A stretch of DNA of 64,000 nt. It comes from Lepidodermella squamata (taxonomy: Eukaryota; Animalia; Gastrotricha). The position numbers were made by a program, and so were the translations under genes. Of this stretch, positions 36,421 to 49,034 are shown piece by piece. Numbering within the stretch: the first letter of the stretch is position 1; every line of letters starts with the position of its first letter. The stretch covers positions 1,984,001 through 2,048,000 of the forward strand of contig JBLDXI010000024.1 in NCBI GenBank assembly GCA_047495785.1, in the 5' to 3' direction. The notes below the pieces were generated by a model. It was not told where the DNA came from and searched no databases. It saw only the letters and a list, made by a program, of their open reading frames with translations.

Positions 36421-36859
36421 GATTTTGGGGATACGAATGCATGTATGACCTAATCGGAAATACATTGTTGAGTTATTGGATTTTAAATTCGACCCATCTC
36501 AGCATGCATGTTGCGTCTACCTTGATGAATCGTGAAACAGTTCCTTTGACTACCTTTATGATTTAGCCTGCGTTTTAGTTTTTGAAAATGTGAACTATGA
36601 CCAATTTCTTTAGTTTTAGAAATAGTTTTAAAAAAGTGCACAATGACAGGAATTCGCTCATGTGTCATCTGATTTGGTTTGTATTTGTTTACACTTGTAT
36701 TACTAATACATATCGAGCTTCGCAGAATGTTTGCATTGTGCATTCCTATTTACAAGAAAATCGACAAGCTGTCTTTATCAATACAATTAACATGTTAGCC
36801 GGAAAATGTTAAGACAAGGGCATAACATATGAAGTTTGAAATTATTATTGCCTACATTC

Positions 36860-39800
36860 TCAGAGCAATATGATCAAAATAGCGAAAAACATCATCTGAG
36901 AAAAGTCGATATGCTTGTATTCCGATGCAGTGGACGAATAATTTGGTTTGATGCTCGGTCGGGTCGAGCTACCAACCATTGCTGATCCACCTGAATAATT
37001 TACTGTTGTTTCAGCGAAATTGACCCCAGTCGACGTCGCAGCGCCACGTAATTTCGCTATAGCCACATTGACCTTGTTTTGGATATCGGTCTCCGTAAGC
37101 TGCGTCAAACTTCTCAGAGCTACAATGTAGTCTGAGATGACACTGCCTTGCCTGAAGCCAGTTATCGTCACCTTTACGTCAGTGAATTGGCCGGTGGTGT
37201 AAATCAGCTCAATGGCGGGTTTAATAGCAGCTTCGGTGTCCTTGAAGAGTTGGCTCGATATGTCATTGAGTTCCTTAGGCCACGGCTCCCCAGTCAATGT
37301 AATGCCGTTCGCTAGCGCTACAGCTTTAGCATGAAGAGCTCCGCCACCTGCAATTTAAAAATTGTGTGCAATAATACAGTAGAAGCTGTATAATCCGGAC
37401 ACCATCGGTGGCGGAAAATTTGTCCGCATTAGCGCGCTGTCCGCATTGGGCGATCCCCTATATTCCGAGGCGCCCCTTGAAACGGCCTCAGCGGACAGGT
37501 TTAGGCCCCCTTTTACGCGCAGGTACTGTTTGCCTTTCTAATTAGCGCACTCTTTAATTAGATTTGAGTGGTTTTTACACATAATTTGCAACTTGAGGCT
37601 AAGTAAGCGAAGATTTGGGACAATAAGGGAATACTCTATGGCAAACCATGGAGAAATATAATTTCCCCCCGATCTGGAACCCCGAGTGAGTTTGGCGCAG
37701 CCAAACGAATCGAGGGGTTCCAGAGTATTCCCTTAGTCTGGAAACGGACAACTCGTTGCCTCGATGAAGAAGCCATTCAAACCGATTGCCAGCCGGTTTC
37801 GCACAGAAATCAATGCATCGCGCCGTCTGGATGAAGACTGACAACAATAAAAGCCATCCGAGCTCGCTGCATGGTATCTAATGGTATTCAGGTCGCGGCG
37901 GAAATTATTCCATGGATTTGGGTCAATTTTGCCGGTCGAAGACTCGCCGAGAAACCAGCCATTGTCGCGTCTTATGTTGCTATGGCTAGTCGCTGAATTT
38001 CTGTGTTGTCGCTCAAAACCGCGAATCAGGAGGGAAACCTGGATCTGCATCGCGACAGCTGCCAGCAAGAGATTTCGACGACCTCGTTTTTCGCCTCATT
38101 TCGCCTCTTTTCGTCGGATTTGTTTCTTTGCACGTGAAATTGCTTTTAAATAAAATTGAGGTTTTCGCTCTTTCTGTGACTTTCCTACGATTCTCGAGAA
38201 AATGCGTTTTATGGGGGTTTTGAGGCTAATTCTGAGCAAAATGCTGCCCAAATTTGTGGTAGTTTCAAGCCATAGAGAAATATTTCTAACCATAGAGAAA
38301 CATGTGTTTCTCCATGGCAAAATTTAACCATGCGTATGTGGGAATATCAATAACCCACTCGGAGACATGGAGTTGAGGGGTGTCCGCGGTGTCCGCATTA
38401 AAGAGGCTAAAATACCCGTATGGACTATGGACAGTGCGACTGTAGCTAGAAAACTGGCCGTATTAGCACGCGTCCGTATTAAGAAGCTGTCCCCTTAAAG
38501 AGCGCGATGTCCGCATGTTATAACGTAAACTCTGTCCGTCGCCCTAAAATCGTCCGTCGTCCGGACTAGCCCGCTGTCCGCATTGCTGGGGTTCGGATTA
38601 TACAGCTTCTACTGTAAATAAACAAAACTTCACTGATCTGCAGACTCTGTCCCAAAAAAATGGAAAAATTGGGACTGCACAAAACATTAGCCCGGATAGG
38701 ATAACCCCGTATTCAATCGAATTTGGCCTTACAGCCACTTGTATAGCAGAACCCGTCAATACCTCTAATGTCGAAGCCTGGTTGGGATTGTGAGGTAGTT
38801 TGGCCTCCAACTGAAGTCTGCGTAGTAGGATTCCGTTGGCTACTAGTCACCGCATCAGGGAACGAAGTTGTGCCTGGGGTTCGAGCAGACTGTGTAGTAG
38901 CTTGCGTCGCAGCTATTGTCGTAGGTTTAGACGTCTGACTTGCTTGACTAATCGCCGTAGAAATCGTAGATGTTGTAGCCTGATTCACAGATGATATTGT
39001 CGTAACCTTAGGTGTCGAGGTTGTTGCTACCGGAGATGTTGAAGTCCGCGTTAGAGTCGTAGCAGTCATGGTTGAAGATCCTTTGGTAGCCGAAGAACTG
39101 GGAAGCTCAATCGAAGTAGTTTCTTGCGTAGTTGCAACCGGCGTTGTTGAGGTTGATGGCCCCTGCGTCGTGGTTGTATAAGTCATCAGCTCTTCGCTCG
39201 TTGTAGACGGCTCCGAGGTTGTTGTGGACTCGAAAATCGTTGATGTTGTCGTTGGATCGAGAGTAGAGGTCGACTCAGCGATCGTAGAAGTTGTTGTTGG
39301 CTCGAAAATCGTAGAAGACGTTATCTCGAGAGATGAAGTTGATTCAGCGATCGTAGAGGTTGTCGTCAACTCGAGGGATGAGGTTGACTCAGTGTTTGCG
39401 GACGTAGTAGTCGATTCAAAAGTCGTAGTGGTTGTTATACCGCAACTCTGGGGCTCCATAGTCTGTCCTGTCACTTGATACGTCTCAATCGACTTCAAAA
39501 TAACTCCAGATGAGTAATAGCCCGACTGAGCACCAACACCAAAGTGGTAGGGTTGGCTAGCGCTCAGCCCCGCTATAAACATGGGCACGTCCTCGAACGT
39601 TTTCATACTGCCATTTACGCAAATGTATATAGTCACCTGGTCCCCCTGAAAGAACATTCTGATCTGCCCGAATGTGTCGTAGAACAAATCAACTGTTCCT
39701 TGTGGTGCATCTCCTTCACTTAGCGTATCGTCCACAGCTGGTACGGTCGTAGGCTCGGATGAGAACGATATAGAGATGTCATGGTAGTAAGGACGAGCGT

Positions 39801-40355
39801 ATAGAAACAACCCTCCTCCAAATGGTTCTTTCAACCCGAATTTAGCGTCGTTGCCTTGAAAAATTGATGCATGAAACTTGGAGGAAACATTAGTTTATTT
39901 TTTACGTACCATTTGATCCATTGACGGCCAAACTCGACGGTGGTACTAGAAAAATCGCGAAACCATCCCCTGCGGTGCCTCGAATAATCTTTATCGTCGT
40001 GTCGATAACGAAGCTTCCCATTTGCCAGAAAGTTGAAGGCAACGTCGAGGCTGAGTAAACACCCGATCCTGCATAAGTTGCATCCTCTCGCATCAACTGG
40101 ATTGTTCCGTCGCCCAGAATCAACGGAGCAAGAGCATCAGAAAAGACTGTGCGGTAATACGCTGTATGGAATATACCCGCACAATTCACGCTGATTAAAG
40201 GTTGAGGAGAGCTTACTCATATCGCCATCTTTTAGAGTGTATGGAGTCTGTAAGACCCAGTTAGGTGGCACGTTCATCTGACCATTACAGCTCCATCTCA
40301 TAAACGCCGTTAGCAAAGCTTGCAACGTATATATCCGGAATGAACTGATTACCAT
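36860..40355 (-). CDS. Surface protein: signal peptide, L-type lectin-like domain, Ser/Thr mucin stalk, SEA domain, GPI-type tail; 4 exons
   Basis: Phase-1 introns join 40355, 39902-ORF, 38713-ORF and, through intron 37348-38732 (GGC T|gtaagg...tgcag|GT GGC), the 36860 ORF. GDGFAIFLVP lectin motif; about 230-aa S/T region; GFRQ-GSVI SEA cleavage motif; hydrophobic C-terminus. Confidence 0.82.
37377..38614. mobile_element. Non-autonomous Tc1/mariner-superfamily (pogo/Tigger-like) element inside an intron
   Basis: TA|CAGTAGAAGCTGTATAATCCG ... CGGATTATACAGCTTCTACTG|TA; internal repeated tgtccgcatt motifs. Confidence 0.85.
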
Positions 40356-40938
40356 CGCAGCTAAAATTGTCTACGGTCCTCTTAGCGTTTCTCAAAGCTG
40401 CATTCAAAACTTGCTAGACAGGTCAGAACTTCAGTATTTGTTATTTGCTTCTCATCATCAATGGTAAATACTAAATCCGTAAAAATGCTTAGCGCATTCT
40501 TCCAATCTCATACAGAGCGAGTAGGCGTGCCAATTCGATATAACGAGGGACGATGATAATTTAAAACAAAACGAAACACAGAAGAAGGCGAAGAAATAAC
40601 CTCAGCAAGAAGGTTCAACCTTGTTTTCTCCGACATTAGAAAGTCTTTATTTTTTGCGAATGCGGCTTTCAAGAACTTTGCAAGGTTAATTGCATAAGCA
40701 ATCACGCCCCCGATTAGCGCATGCCTCTATTTTTGCGGTCATGCTTATTTACAGCTTGATTGTTACTAAAAATATCAAAGGATTCGTGTTTTTCCCGTAT
40801 TCATCACGTAGGGGATAAAGTACAATATCGGGGAGAAAAGTTTCATGTCAGCTCTAAAGTTATTCGATGAAAGAGCCATGCTGACAATGTTGACTGAAGT
40901 AATACTGTTTTAAAACCCAAAATCGAATTTTTTTGAAG

Positions 40939-43310
40939 CTATGCGATTTCGGTGAGCGGTTTTGAATTAAGCCGCGCCAAATTCGATTTGAAATCACCGC
41001 GCTGATTGAGAGCGAGAAGCTGAAAACTATTCCTAGTAGCGGTTGAGGGCCATTTGCCAGACCATACGGGGTAATATGCTATTAAACAAGCCGATAAAGA
41101 GAAAACTAAATTCCCAACAGCTAATACTGTCGCCTGGTCATCAGAAGATTGCTGATTCAAAAGAATAAGCACGAATGCAAATATCATCGCTAAAGCGTTG
41201 AGTGAATTCAGCTGTATCAGTTGGCGTTCCATCAGAAGACTCGGCGATGGCAACCGGAGTGTTCGCAGTTCGAAAGAAACGAAACATGCGAGGAATAGGA
41301 TCACGACATTTGCAGTAACCAAAGCGATTTGCCAAGCTGTTTCGAAATCTCCGATACAAGTAACAGTAGTAGCATCAAAATACACATCTTCATCATCGTC
41401 AAATTCGGGGAGAGATATTTTGGTCCTAAGTTGATAAGGCGAATAGCCGACCCAGAACAAGGCTAACAGAGTGAAGAGGCAACATAACACAATTGTTACA
41501 ATTCTGACAGATTTCAGGTTCAAATTCGACTTGATTGGTATGCTCAATTGATTGGTTAGCGCTATGTTATTCCCAGAAGGCTTCGATACTAAATTTCCCT
41601 TGTATTGCCGAGTTACTTCCCGGAAGAATGCTGCTCGAAATAGAATGACAATGTTTATACTTGAGATTCCGACTATCGTAAAGAGAGGTCGAATCTTACA
41701 AATCGAATCCACCTCATACTTGGCCTCAATGGCAAACAAAACTGTAGCTATGCTTGAAGCAAGCCACCCGAGATTCATCAGTGGACTGAGCACACACTCG
41801 AAGATGGCAGTAAAGTGTTTACATTTTGGGTTTTTCCGTGCTTTGCTCAGAATAAAAAGTTGTACAATCGTTGCAAACCCAGCGAGGCAAATTATGATGA
41901 TAAAACCCGACATTGGGTAGTCATCTTTCCTGTGTTGAACGATTGACAAATCTTTTGGCGCTTTCTTGTTCTTGGTAAACCAAAACGGAGGTTTTACTGA
42001 TATCAAATCGTATGACGTTGAATTGAAAACCAAAGAAGCGTCAGTAGTTGTTCTCGATATTCTGAATATCACCTCTTCCTTATCGAAAGCTTTCTGAGTG
42101 ATCCAAGGCGGTTCACCATCGACCTCGAGACGATTGGAGTAGCTAACTCTCCCGATACGAATTCCGGTGAAGTCAGTTTCCGATGCAGTTTGGTTAACAA
42201 TGTTTGATACTAGGTCAGGATTTCTCTGGAAATCCCTTAGGGACATGTTATGGAATCTTTTCAAAGTGGATTCTGTTTTGTTTAGCGCGATCAATAGTGC
42301 GGTCATGGCGTCGTGACACAAGTGCGGCCTATCAGGGTCAGGATGCGAGCGATTGCGCATTTTTGCCGAGTATTCTCGCTCGAAATATTCCAGATCGTAG
42401 CCCAATGATGTTGGCCCGTAGTTTCTCAGCGCGAAATTCGAAGGGCCTATCCAAAACACGATTTTCAGTTGTTCTCTCAAGATCGCTCTTGAGCAGCCGG
42501 TGGGAATTGGAAGCGCAGTGGTATCCGGGTCGAAGAATGATCGAACGAAGATTACGAAAACGTAACTAGGCATCCGGATGCCAACTTGATATGCCAAGCA
42601 AAGTAATCGTATCATGATTGCTGGAGAATTTCCGACCGATATCACTATGTACCTCGCTCCACTGTTTTTCAACGCGATTACAGTGTCTAGGGTGAATTCA
42701 GTCTCGGCGCTGTAGTGGAGAACCTGATAACCAGCTGCGACGACCTGCTCGAAGATCTGCTTACCAAGAATGACATTGTTTTCGTTGTTAGCGTAGGTTA
42801 AAATGCCGATTTGACTCCAGTTACTGACAATTTTGCCGAAAGGGGCGATCGACATCTGGTAGCCTTCGCCCGGAGTTACAACCCTGTACAAAGTCGAAAA
42901 CATTCGCCTATTCGCTACTGCATAAGCTCCAGCACAGGCTGGGGAAAAATGAGCATATCCCATAGTACGAGTTACTAGAGCGACATTTTGACAAACTGAA
43001 AGCGGCTCGGGAAACTAGTTGTCAAACCACGGTCAAAGGTTCGCGTGAACGCCATAAAACTTCTTGGCGATGAACTAGACTCTCGTCCTTCGTCTCGAAT
43101 GTCAAGATTCAAATGGTAGTCAGGCAGGATATCGCTTCTCTTGTTCACATACTCCAGCACGATCTGCGCAGCTGTAGAGCAAGCTGTGAAGTAATTGGGA
43201 TCGCGTTCATCGAATGGCATGATCCCCAAAATCGTTAGGTTGAACTTTTTCGATGATTGCGCCATCGGAAGAGAGCAAAGCCCAAGAAGCATTTGCAGTT
43301 TGAATAGCAT
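40939..43310 (-). pseudogene. Class C GABA-B-like GPCR copy 3, frameshifted
   Basis: Split into ORFs 42975-43400 and 40939-42963. Comparison with copy 1 shows a 16-nt deletion (gggcctaaaataattg) near 43003. Confidence 0.8.
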
Positions 43311-43462
43311 TTTCAAGTTCAATACTTTATGTCCGAAAAAATTTGCTAATGAAGGATCAAGTTTTGCATATATCACAGGACCAAAATATGCAGGTTTCAA
43401 TCCTAATGATCAAAACGTAAATATAGTCTTCAGCTTCGCAACTATTAGGCACGTTTTATTTC

Positions 43463-44653
43463 TTAAATGTCTGGTAAATATGAATACTGGGCTTGGGTAA
43501 GGATCATCTCAGTAGGGAGTGCAATATCAGGTTCCAAGTTTGCGGGTAAGTATTCGCGTTTTCGGAGAGTTTTGTTCAGATAGCTATCCCACTCATCTCG
43601 CCACGTGTTCGTCCAGTATCGAATTACGTAAGCCTCGGAAAACTTCGCCTTGCAAGCTGACTCATCCTGTTTAGCCGACCGCCCTGAACATTGGCGACCG
43701 AGCGGCGTGAATTCCTGACTGCTTTGATAAGGAAAAACCAGACCAGGGCGTAGCATCTTCAAATCGTAAATTAGCCTCGATCCAATTTCGACAGATCCAG
43801 ACGGCAGTTGATGTATGCCCCGTTGAAAGGCGGTGTAGCTTCGAATCGCCCGGTAGAACAAAACTGGCCCTGTAACAAAGTCTGGGCTCGTATTAACCGG
43901 GTACTTCTTCGCCGCCGCCATTATCTGAATCAAAACTATCAACCAGAAAGGATGGCCCTGCTGCGAGATCATAAAACCGGGCTGAACGTTACTCGCGTCT
44001 CGAAAGTTCCGAGTCATATAGGACAGGGTGACAGGGAAAGTCACGTTTTCAACAAGAAAATCAATCTGCCTCAGCGGTTCCGTGTCCAGATCAGCGAAAA
44101 CGCCTCCATAGCGGTGCAGGTACATGTAATGAGCGGCGTCTGATCTCATGGCGTTAATTGGCAGATTGTCGTAGGTCGATAGGAACCAAGGATAGTGCTG
44201 CTCGACCATCTCTCGGTTCTGCCGTTCAGACCACAGTTGGTGCTCCCAGTCCGGGTGTAAATTGATCCAAGACCGTCTGTACTGTTGGAATTTCGGCGTG
44301 AATTTACGATACGTTTGATGGAGAATTTTCGGAACTTTCCCGCTCGATTTTTCAATGTGAGACATCAGCCGGTCGTCGACGCCTCGGAACGCGACTGAAC
44401 TCGGGTCGAGGATGACGTAGACATCAGGCTCGCCCACTTCCTCAGTCGAATCAACCTCTTGTGAAGATGCTGTCCCACTTGTTTGCCGGTCGGGTTTTTG
44501 AATCGGGGGGAATTCGTGCCAGATTAGGAGGATGCAGACTAGTAGCACTCCTGTTGCAATAGCAGCATAGAGCTGCTTGTTACACCCTTCTTTCCTCTGG
44601 GGTCTAACAGGTTCGAAATTGATAAGGGCATCGTTGGGTAGAGACATCATCAT
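43463..44653 (-). CDS. GT32 / Gly_transf_sug DXD glycosyltransferase, intronless, type II membrane (intact paralogue)
   Basis: TM anchor; KVPKILHQTY, SWINLHPDW, YPWFLSTYDNLP, GGVFADLD, GHPFW, TGPVLF. Confidence 0.85.
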   Translation of the reverse strand: MMMSLPNDALINFEPVRPQRKEGCNKQLYAAIATGVLLVCILLIWHEFPPIQKPDRQTSGTASSQEVDSTEEVGEPDVYVILDPSSVAFRGVDDRLMSHIEKSSGKVPKILHQTYRKFTPKFQQYRRSWINLHPDWEHQLWSERQNREMVEQHYPWFLSTYDNLPINAMRSDAAHYMYLHRYGGVFADLDTEPLRQIDFLVENVTFPVTLSYMTRNFRDASNVQPGFMISQQGHPFWLIVLIQIMAAAKKYPVNTSPDFVTGPVLFYRAIRSYTAFQRGIHQLPSGSVEIGSRLIYDLKMLRPGLVFPYQSSQEFTPLGRQCSGRSAKQDESACKAKFSEAYVIRYWTNTWRDEWDSYLNKTLRKREYLPANLEPDIALPTEMILTQAQYSYLPDI

Positions 44654-45032
44654 CGCAGTGCAGATTATAATAATTCAGAAATGAACAATCGCCGCTATTG
44701 AGCTGTGTATTTCGATAGGCAGTGTGATGGATAATCGCCCGGCTGCGGCTGCTGGCCGGTTGTTTGTTTTGTTTGTTAGGCCACCATCGTCGGCCCGGAA
44801 GACGGCCGAGTAAGTGCACGCTAATCCAGGCTCGTAATACACGTAAAAAGTAAACAGCCAGCAGTACCGGATCATGTTTTCTCGGCTTTATTATATTGCC
44901 TCTCTTTTAAAATAATGTAAATTTTTTGAAATAACTACGACGTCATAGCCGCATTTCATATCGATTCGCCAACTTCCTATAAAAATCATCGAGGTAAAAA
45001 AATAATAATGAAATGTAATCAAACAAATTATG

Positions 45033-46655
45033 TCAAGAAATACTAATGTTCATCGGCGCTTCAAAGCCGAAAAATTCGTAATCAGTCCGGTAAAAGTCGA
45101 CCACTTGCTTCAACAGTTGCTTCGGTAGCTTTCCTATAGCTTCTTCCGCAACAGAATCGTGTTCGTTCGATAGTTCCTCTTGCTCGTCGAATAAAACAGT
45201 TTTTTGATTGGTGGCTTCTTGAATAACGAAATCAGCCTCGTCACTGCCGCCTTCCAGATGCCCAATGTAGTCGTAGTCGATAAAACAAGGCGCACAAATC
45301 CTACATAAAAATTATCTAAAATAACGTGGGAGAGGGTCATTTTGGTCAAAACCATGTTTTCGAGGATTAAAAATCAGTTAAAATTCAGAAATCGATGATT
45401 TTTGGTAACAAGATGCGTGAGGTGAGCCCCGATTTATCGGTAAAATTTGGTGATTTTACGACTTTTTCCTGATTTTTGACGATCGATAACATGTATGAAT
45501 GCAGTTGGATAATTAGCGGGTAATTTTGGACGCTCATTTGCATACGCAACTAGCATTGTGCGTTTTCAGCTTTTATTGCGCTTTGGGTCAAATTTTGAAA
45601 TATTTTTTAAAATATTTTTTAAAAATCAAATATTACTCCGATCACCTCAGGACTTGCACCATTCGAAAGCTCAAAAGACGGGCAATTTTACAGTGCGTTG
45701 ACAATACGGTGCGTAAAAAAAACTAGGAAAAAAACGTTACTTGTAGTAGGGTGTCCAATGAATGTCTCGGAACGGCCGTTCAGAGTCGGTGATGAACATT
45801 AAAAATTCGAAAAATTTCAGCTGATTCGGATTTTCGATCAATTTTTTCATCCTGGATTGCCGAAGGATAGACTTTGCACCCTCCAAATAGTTAACCAGCA
45901 TCTGAAATTTTTTAAATTATACAATAAAATCAAATACCAATTATCAATCTTACTCTTTCAAAATGGTCATTTTTAGTTGTAAATTTGCTTTGCCATGCAG
46001 AATAAAGCCTTCGAATCGGCTCTCGAACCCACATAATTTTCGAAAACTCCTTCGTTTTTTCCTGTTGTACGTCGATTGTACCGCCGAATTCATCGTTGAA
46101 CCCTATTGGCTGGAGATAACTTTGCATCGCTTTAGTATCGTGAAGTTTTTCGTCTTCGAAATCGCTCGTATGATCAGAGTTCTTGAGTTTAACAAAAAAC
46201 CGCCGCCATGATGTTGAAGCCACCTTTGGGACATTGCAGAATAGGACGTTGTAGTCACTTACGACGTAAATTGAGTCTAATAAATGAGGCTCGGACTTAG
46301 CGAGTTCCGGCGATATCGAGCCAGGCCCAGGCACCCGGCCGAGACTATTCCTACATTTTTCCCTCACTTTGCTGCGTCTTTTCGCGAAAAGATCAGCATA
46401 ATCGATGTTCGACTTGGGTTTTCGTCTCGCTTTCACAGTTTTTCGAGTCGAGGTAACAGCTTTCGAAGTTGCTGTTGTGGAAATGTTCGATTTTTTTGTG
46501 ATTGATTTCACTCGTGAGCTATTAGGAATTGTAACCTCGGCGGCTGTAGTTTCGTTCTCCGGCTTGAAATAACTACTGATTAATAAATAGGATATCATAA
46601 GACATGTAGCTGTATATAACGCTAATTTTAAATGGTAATACTGCATCCTATTCAT
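45033..46655 (-). CDS. Carbohydrate sulfotransferase (CHST8-14/HNK-1ST, Sulfotransfer_2 family), 3 exons
   Basis: TM anchor; 5'-PSB FCNVPKVASTSWRR; 3'-PB VREPIRRLYSAW; middle exon ...RDIHWTPYY; last exon CAPCFIDYDYIGHLE...YRTDYEFFGF; stop at 45033. Confidence 0.88.
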
Positions 46656-46880
46656 GATGAAAAAGCTCGATTCCTTAGGTTAAATATGAGCCGGTGTGAC
46701 TTGACTGACGTATGCGATAATTCTCCCCACCACACTTTGCAATCAATAAGAAAGCGCCTTAATAAATTTGCCTTAAATCAATAAAATACTGCATCAATTT
46801 TAATCATATTGTTTAAGGTAGATGAGTACAATATCGATTTATTTTGCAGATATTATCACGAATTCAATTGCATCCGAATA

Positions 46881-49034
46881 TTATTTGGGCAGGTCTAAAT
46901 AACCGAACAGTCGTAGATCAGCTTCGTAACTGATCAAAATTTCACGGAGAACATGAAGCGGGACAGTTTGCAGCATCGTCTGGTAGAAATCAGTCTGCCG
47001 CGGTAGATGATTAGGTGCTGGGAATAAAAATTCACGTTGACCTGTTATTTTTTCAATCACATAATCCGCCTCCTCGTTGCCGCCCTCTAAATGGCCAATG
47101 TAGTCGTAGTCGATGAAACACGTCAAGCAAAGCGAGTGATACGGCTCCCAGTGGACGTCCATAAATTTTTTGTAAGGATGGCTGAGAAATCGGAAAAATT
47201 CCTCCAGAGTTACTGGGCTTTTGTCTGATTGATTGTGACGATATTGCTGAATTATATAGCCGGAATAAATTGATTGATAATACGCGTTTTTAGACACTAA
47301 TTTGTTCAACCATGCGGAAACAAGCCGCTGGATAGGATCTCTATAGTAAAAATTCTGAAAATTCGAAAAAATTATTGAATAATCTTGTCTTACCTAACCC
47401 ACATGACTTTTTTGTAGCTACGAAATCGACGTCTCAATTTAACACTGCTGTCGTTGTAATAGCTCAGAGGTTTTAGATAGGGAAAGGTTGCATTTCCTTC
47501 ATGAAGCTCATCATCACTCAGGTCGAGATGCGATTTTCCGGTCGATAACTGCAGGAAAAATCGTCTCCAAGTCGTTGATGCTACTTTTGGGACGCTGAAA
47601 ATAAAGAAAGCGATTTGATTTAATTTCAAAAAATTTAATAAATTTTGAATTTGAAGGTTTTTTCAATTTAACCGAAAATATTTTGAATTGTGAATTTTCA
47701 AAAAAATGAATATCCATGGGCAGATTTTAAATTTTTATTAACACTTCCATTCGATATAGACTACCGATTGAGCGTGAAATTGAGTTCCGTTGATAATTAC
47801 ATGAAAACAATAATTTTTGAGGGGTAATTCCATTAGCCCTAGACGGTTCTATGCTGATTGAGCGAACGGAATTTGGCAACGAAAATAGAGCAAGGGCTTT
47901 TGAGCAACGATATAAGAGCAAACGAAATTAGAGCAAAATGAGCTCTAATTTCGTTTGCTCTTATATCGTTGCTCAAAAGCCCTTGCTCTATTTTCGTTGC
48001 CAAATTTTCTTTTGCTCAATTAGCATAGAGCCTTCTAGACAGGGAACCTAGTTTATTTCAGAAAAATTCGGTAAAAAAGGAAAAATTCCAAATTTTAATT
48101 GCCGATGTTCCGGTAAATTTTAGGAATTTTTAGCGTGAAATTTCGTTTATTCTATAACGTATTGGCTCGCGGCACTCATGGCGCGAATTTTTCCGATTTT
48201 TACCAAAATTTTGCTGAATTTTTCTCCTATAAACAGCTCATTTTTCAATCGTGATACACCAAGCCAACGAGAGACTGGCAATTTATCCGTTTTCCCCTAA
48301 ATTTATACGATTTCGTAGCGCCTTTCGCCTTATAGACCCCCTGGGGTTTAGTCACCCTACAGGATTTTATAATCATAGGGTGGTAGGTAAAGATTTGGCT
48401 TTAATAGGCTTCATTCCCCTATTAATTTTTTTTTATATTACAAGGTCTTGAAGCTTTCGGTCGTTATTTGACGATCGCTTTTGGACGCAATGCCAAAATT
48501 TCGCAAAAATTACCTGCAAAACAAAATTTTGCGCTTTTCGTCCAGGTAGATGAAAGATAACTGATGGCCATCTCGAAACTGCCTAAGTGACGGTTCAAAG
48601 TCCGGTTTGAAGCCGAAAATGTTCAAACAGTTCTGGTTAACAAGCCGCCGCCTTTCTTTAAAAATCCGATGCATCTTATGATCGATTAATCTAGTACTAT
48701 TCAGCAGCAAAACGTCGTAGTAAGGCAGTTCGGTACTCTCGGCGATTGACTTGTTATCAGATTTCTCCGCTGATGCTTTTTTGACAAAGCCACTATGAGA
48801 ATCGACAACAAGGCCATGCCGCGATAGATATGCCTTGACGATATCGAAATCGCGATGCCTCTCCGCTAATTCCATGCCGCTGGCGATTTGCCGGTACTTT
48901 GCCACGTAGATTTCATTCGACAACTGCCGGTTGTTTGTTGCCGTGTTTATTGTTAGTGTAATTATCAATAATGGAAGTGTAATGCAAGTCACTGTCACTA
49001 TTGCGTAGTAGAAACTTTGCTCAGATGAAGTCAT
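46881..49034 (-). CDS. Carbohydrate sulfotransferase paralogue (Sulfotransfer_2 family), 3 exons
   Basis: Exons at about 48514-49034, 47394-47596 and 46881-47342: ILFCSVPKVASTTWRR, VRDPIQRLVSAW, DVHWEPYHSLCLTCFIDYDYIGHLE, YEADLRLFGY. Confidence 0.88.
47839..48038. mobile_element. Palindromic (foldback) MITE in a sulfotransferase intron
   Basis: About 95-bp inverted arms built of gagcaa/ttgctc units around the loop aaaatga; CTAG at both ends. Confidence 0.8.

Noticed and set aside
39224-39478. Antisense Val/Asp-rich repeat ORF
   Set aside because: Shadow of the Ser/Thr mucin repeats on the minus strand.
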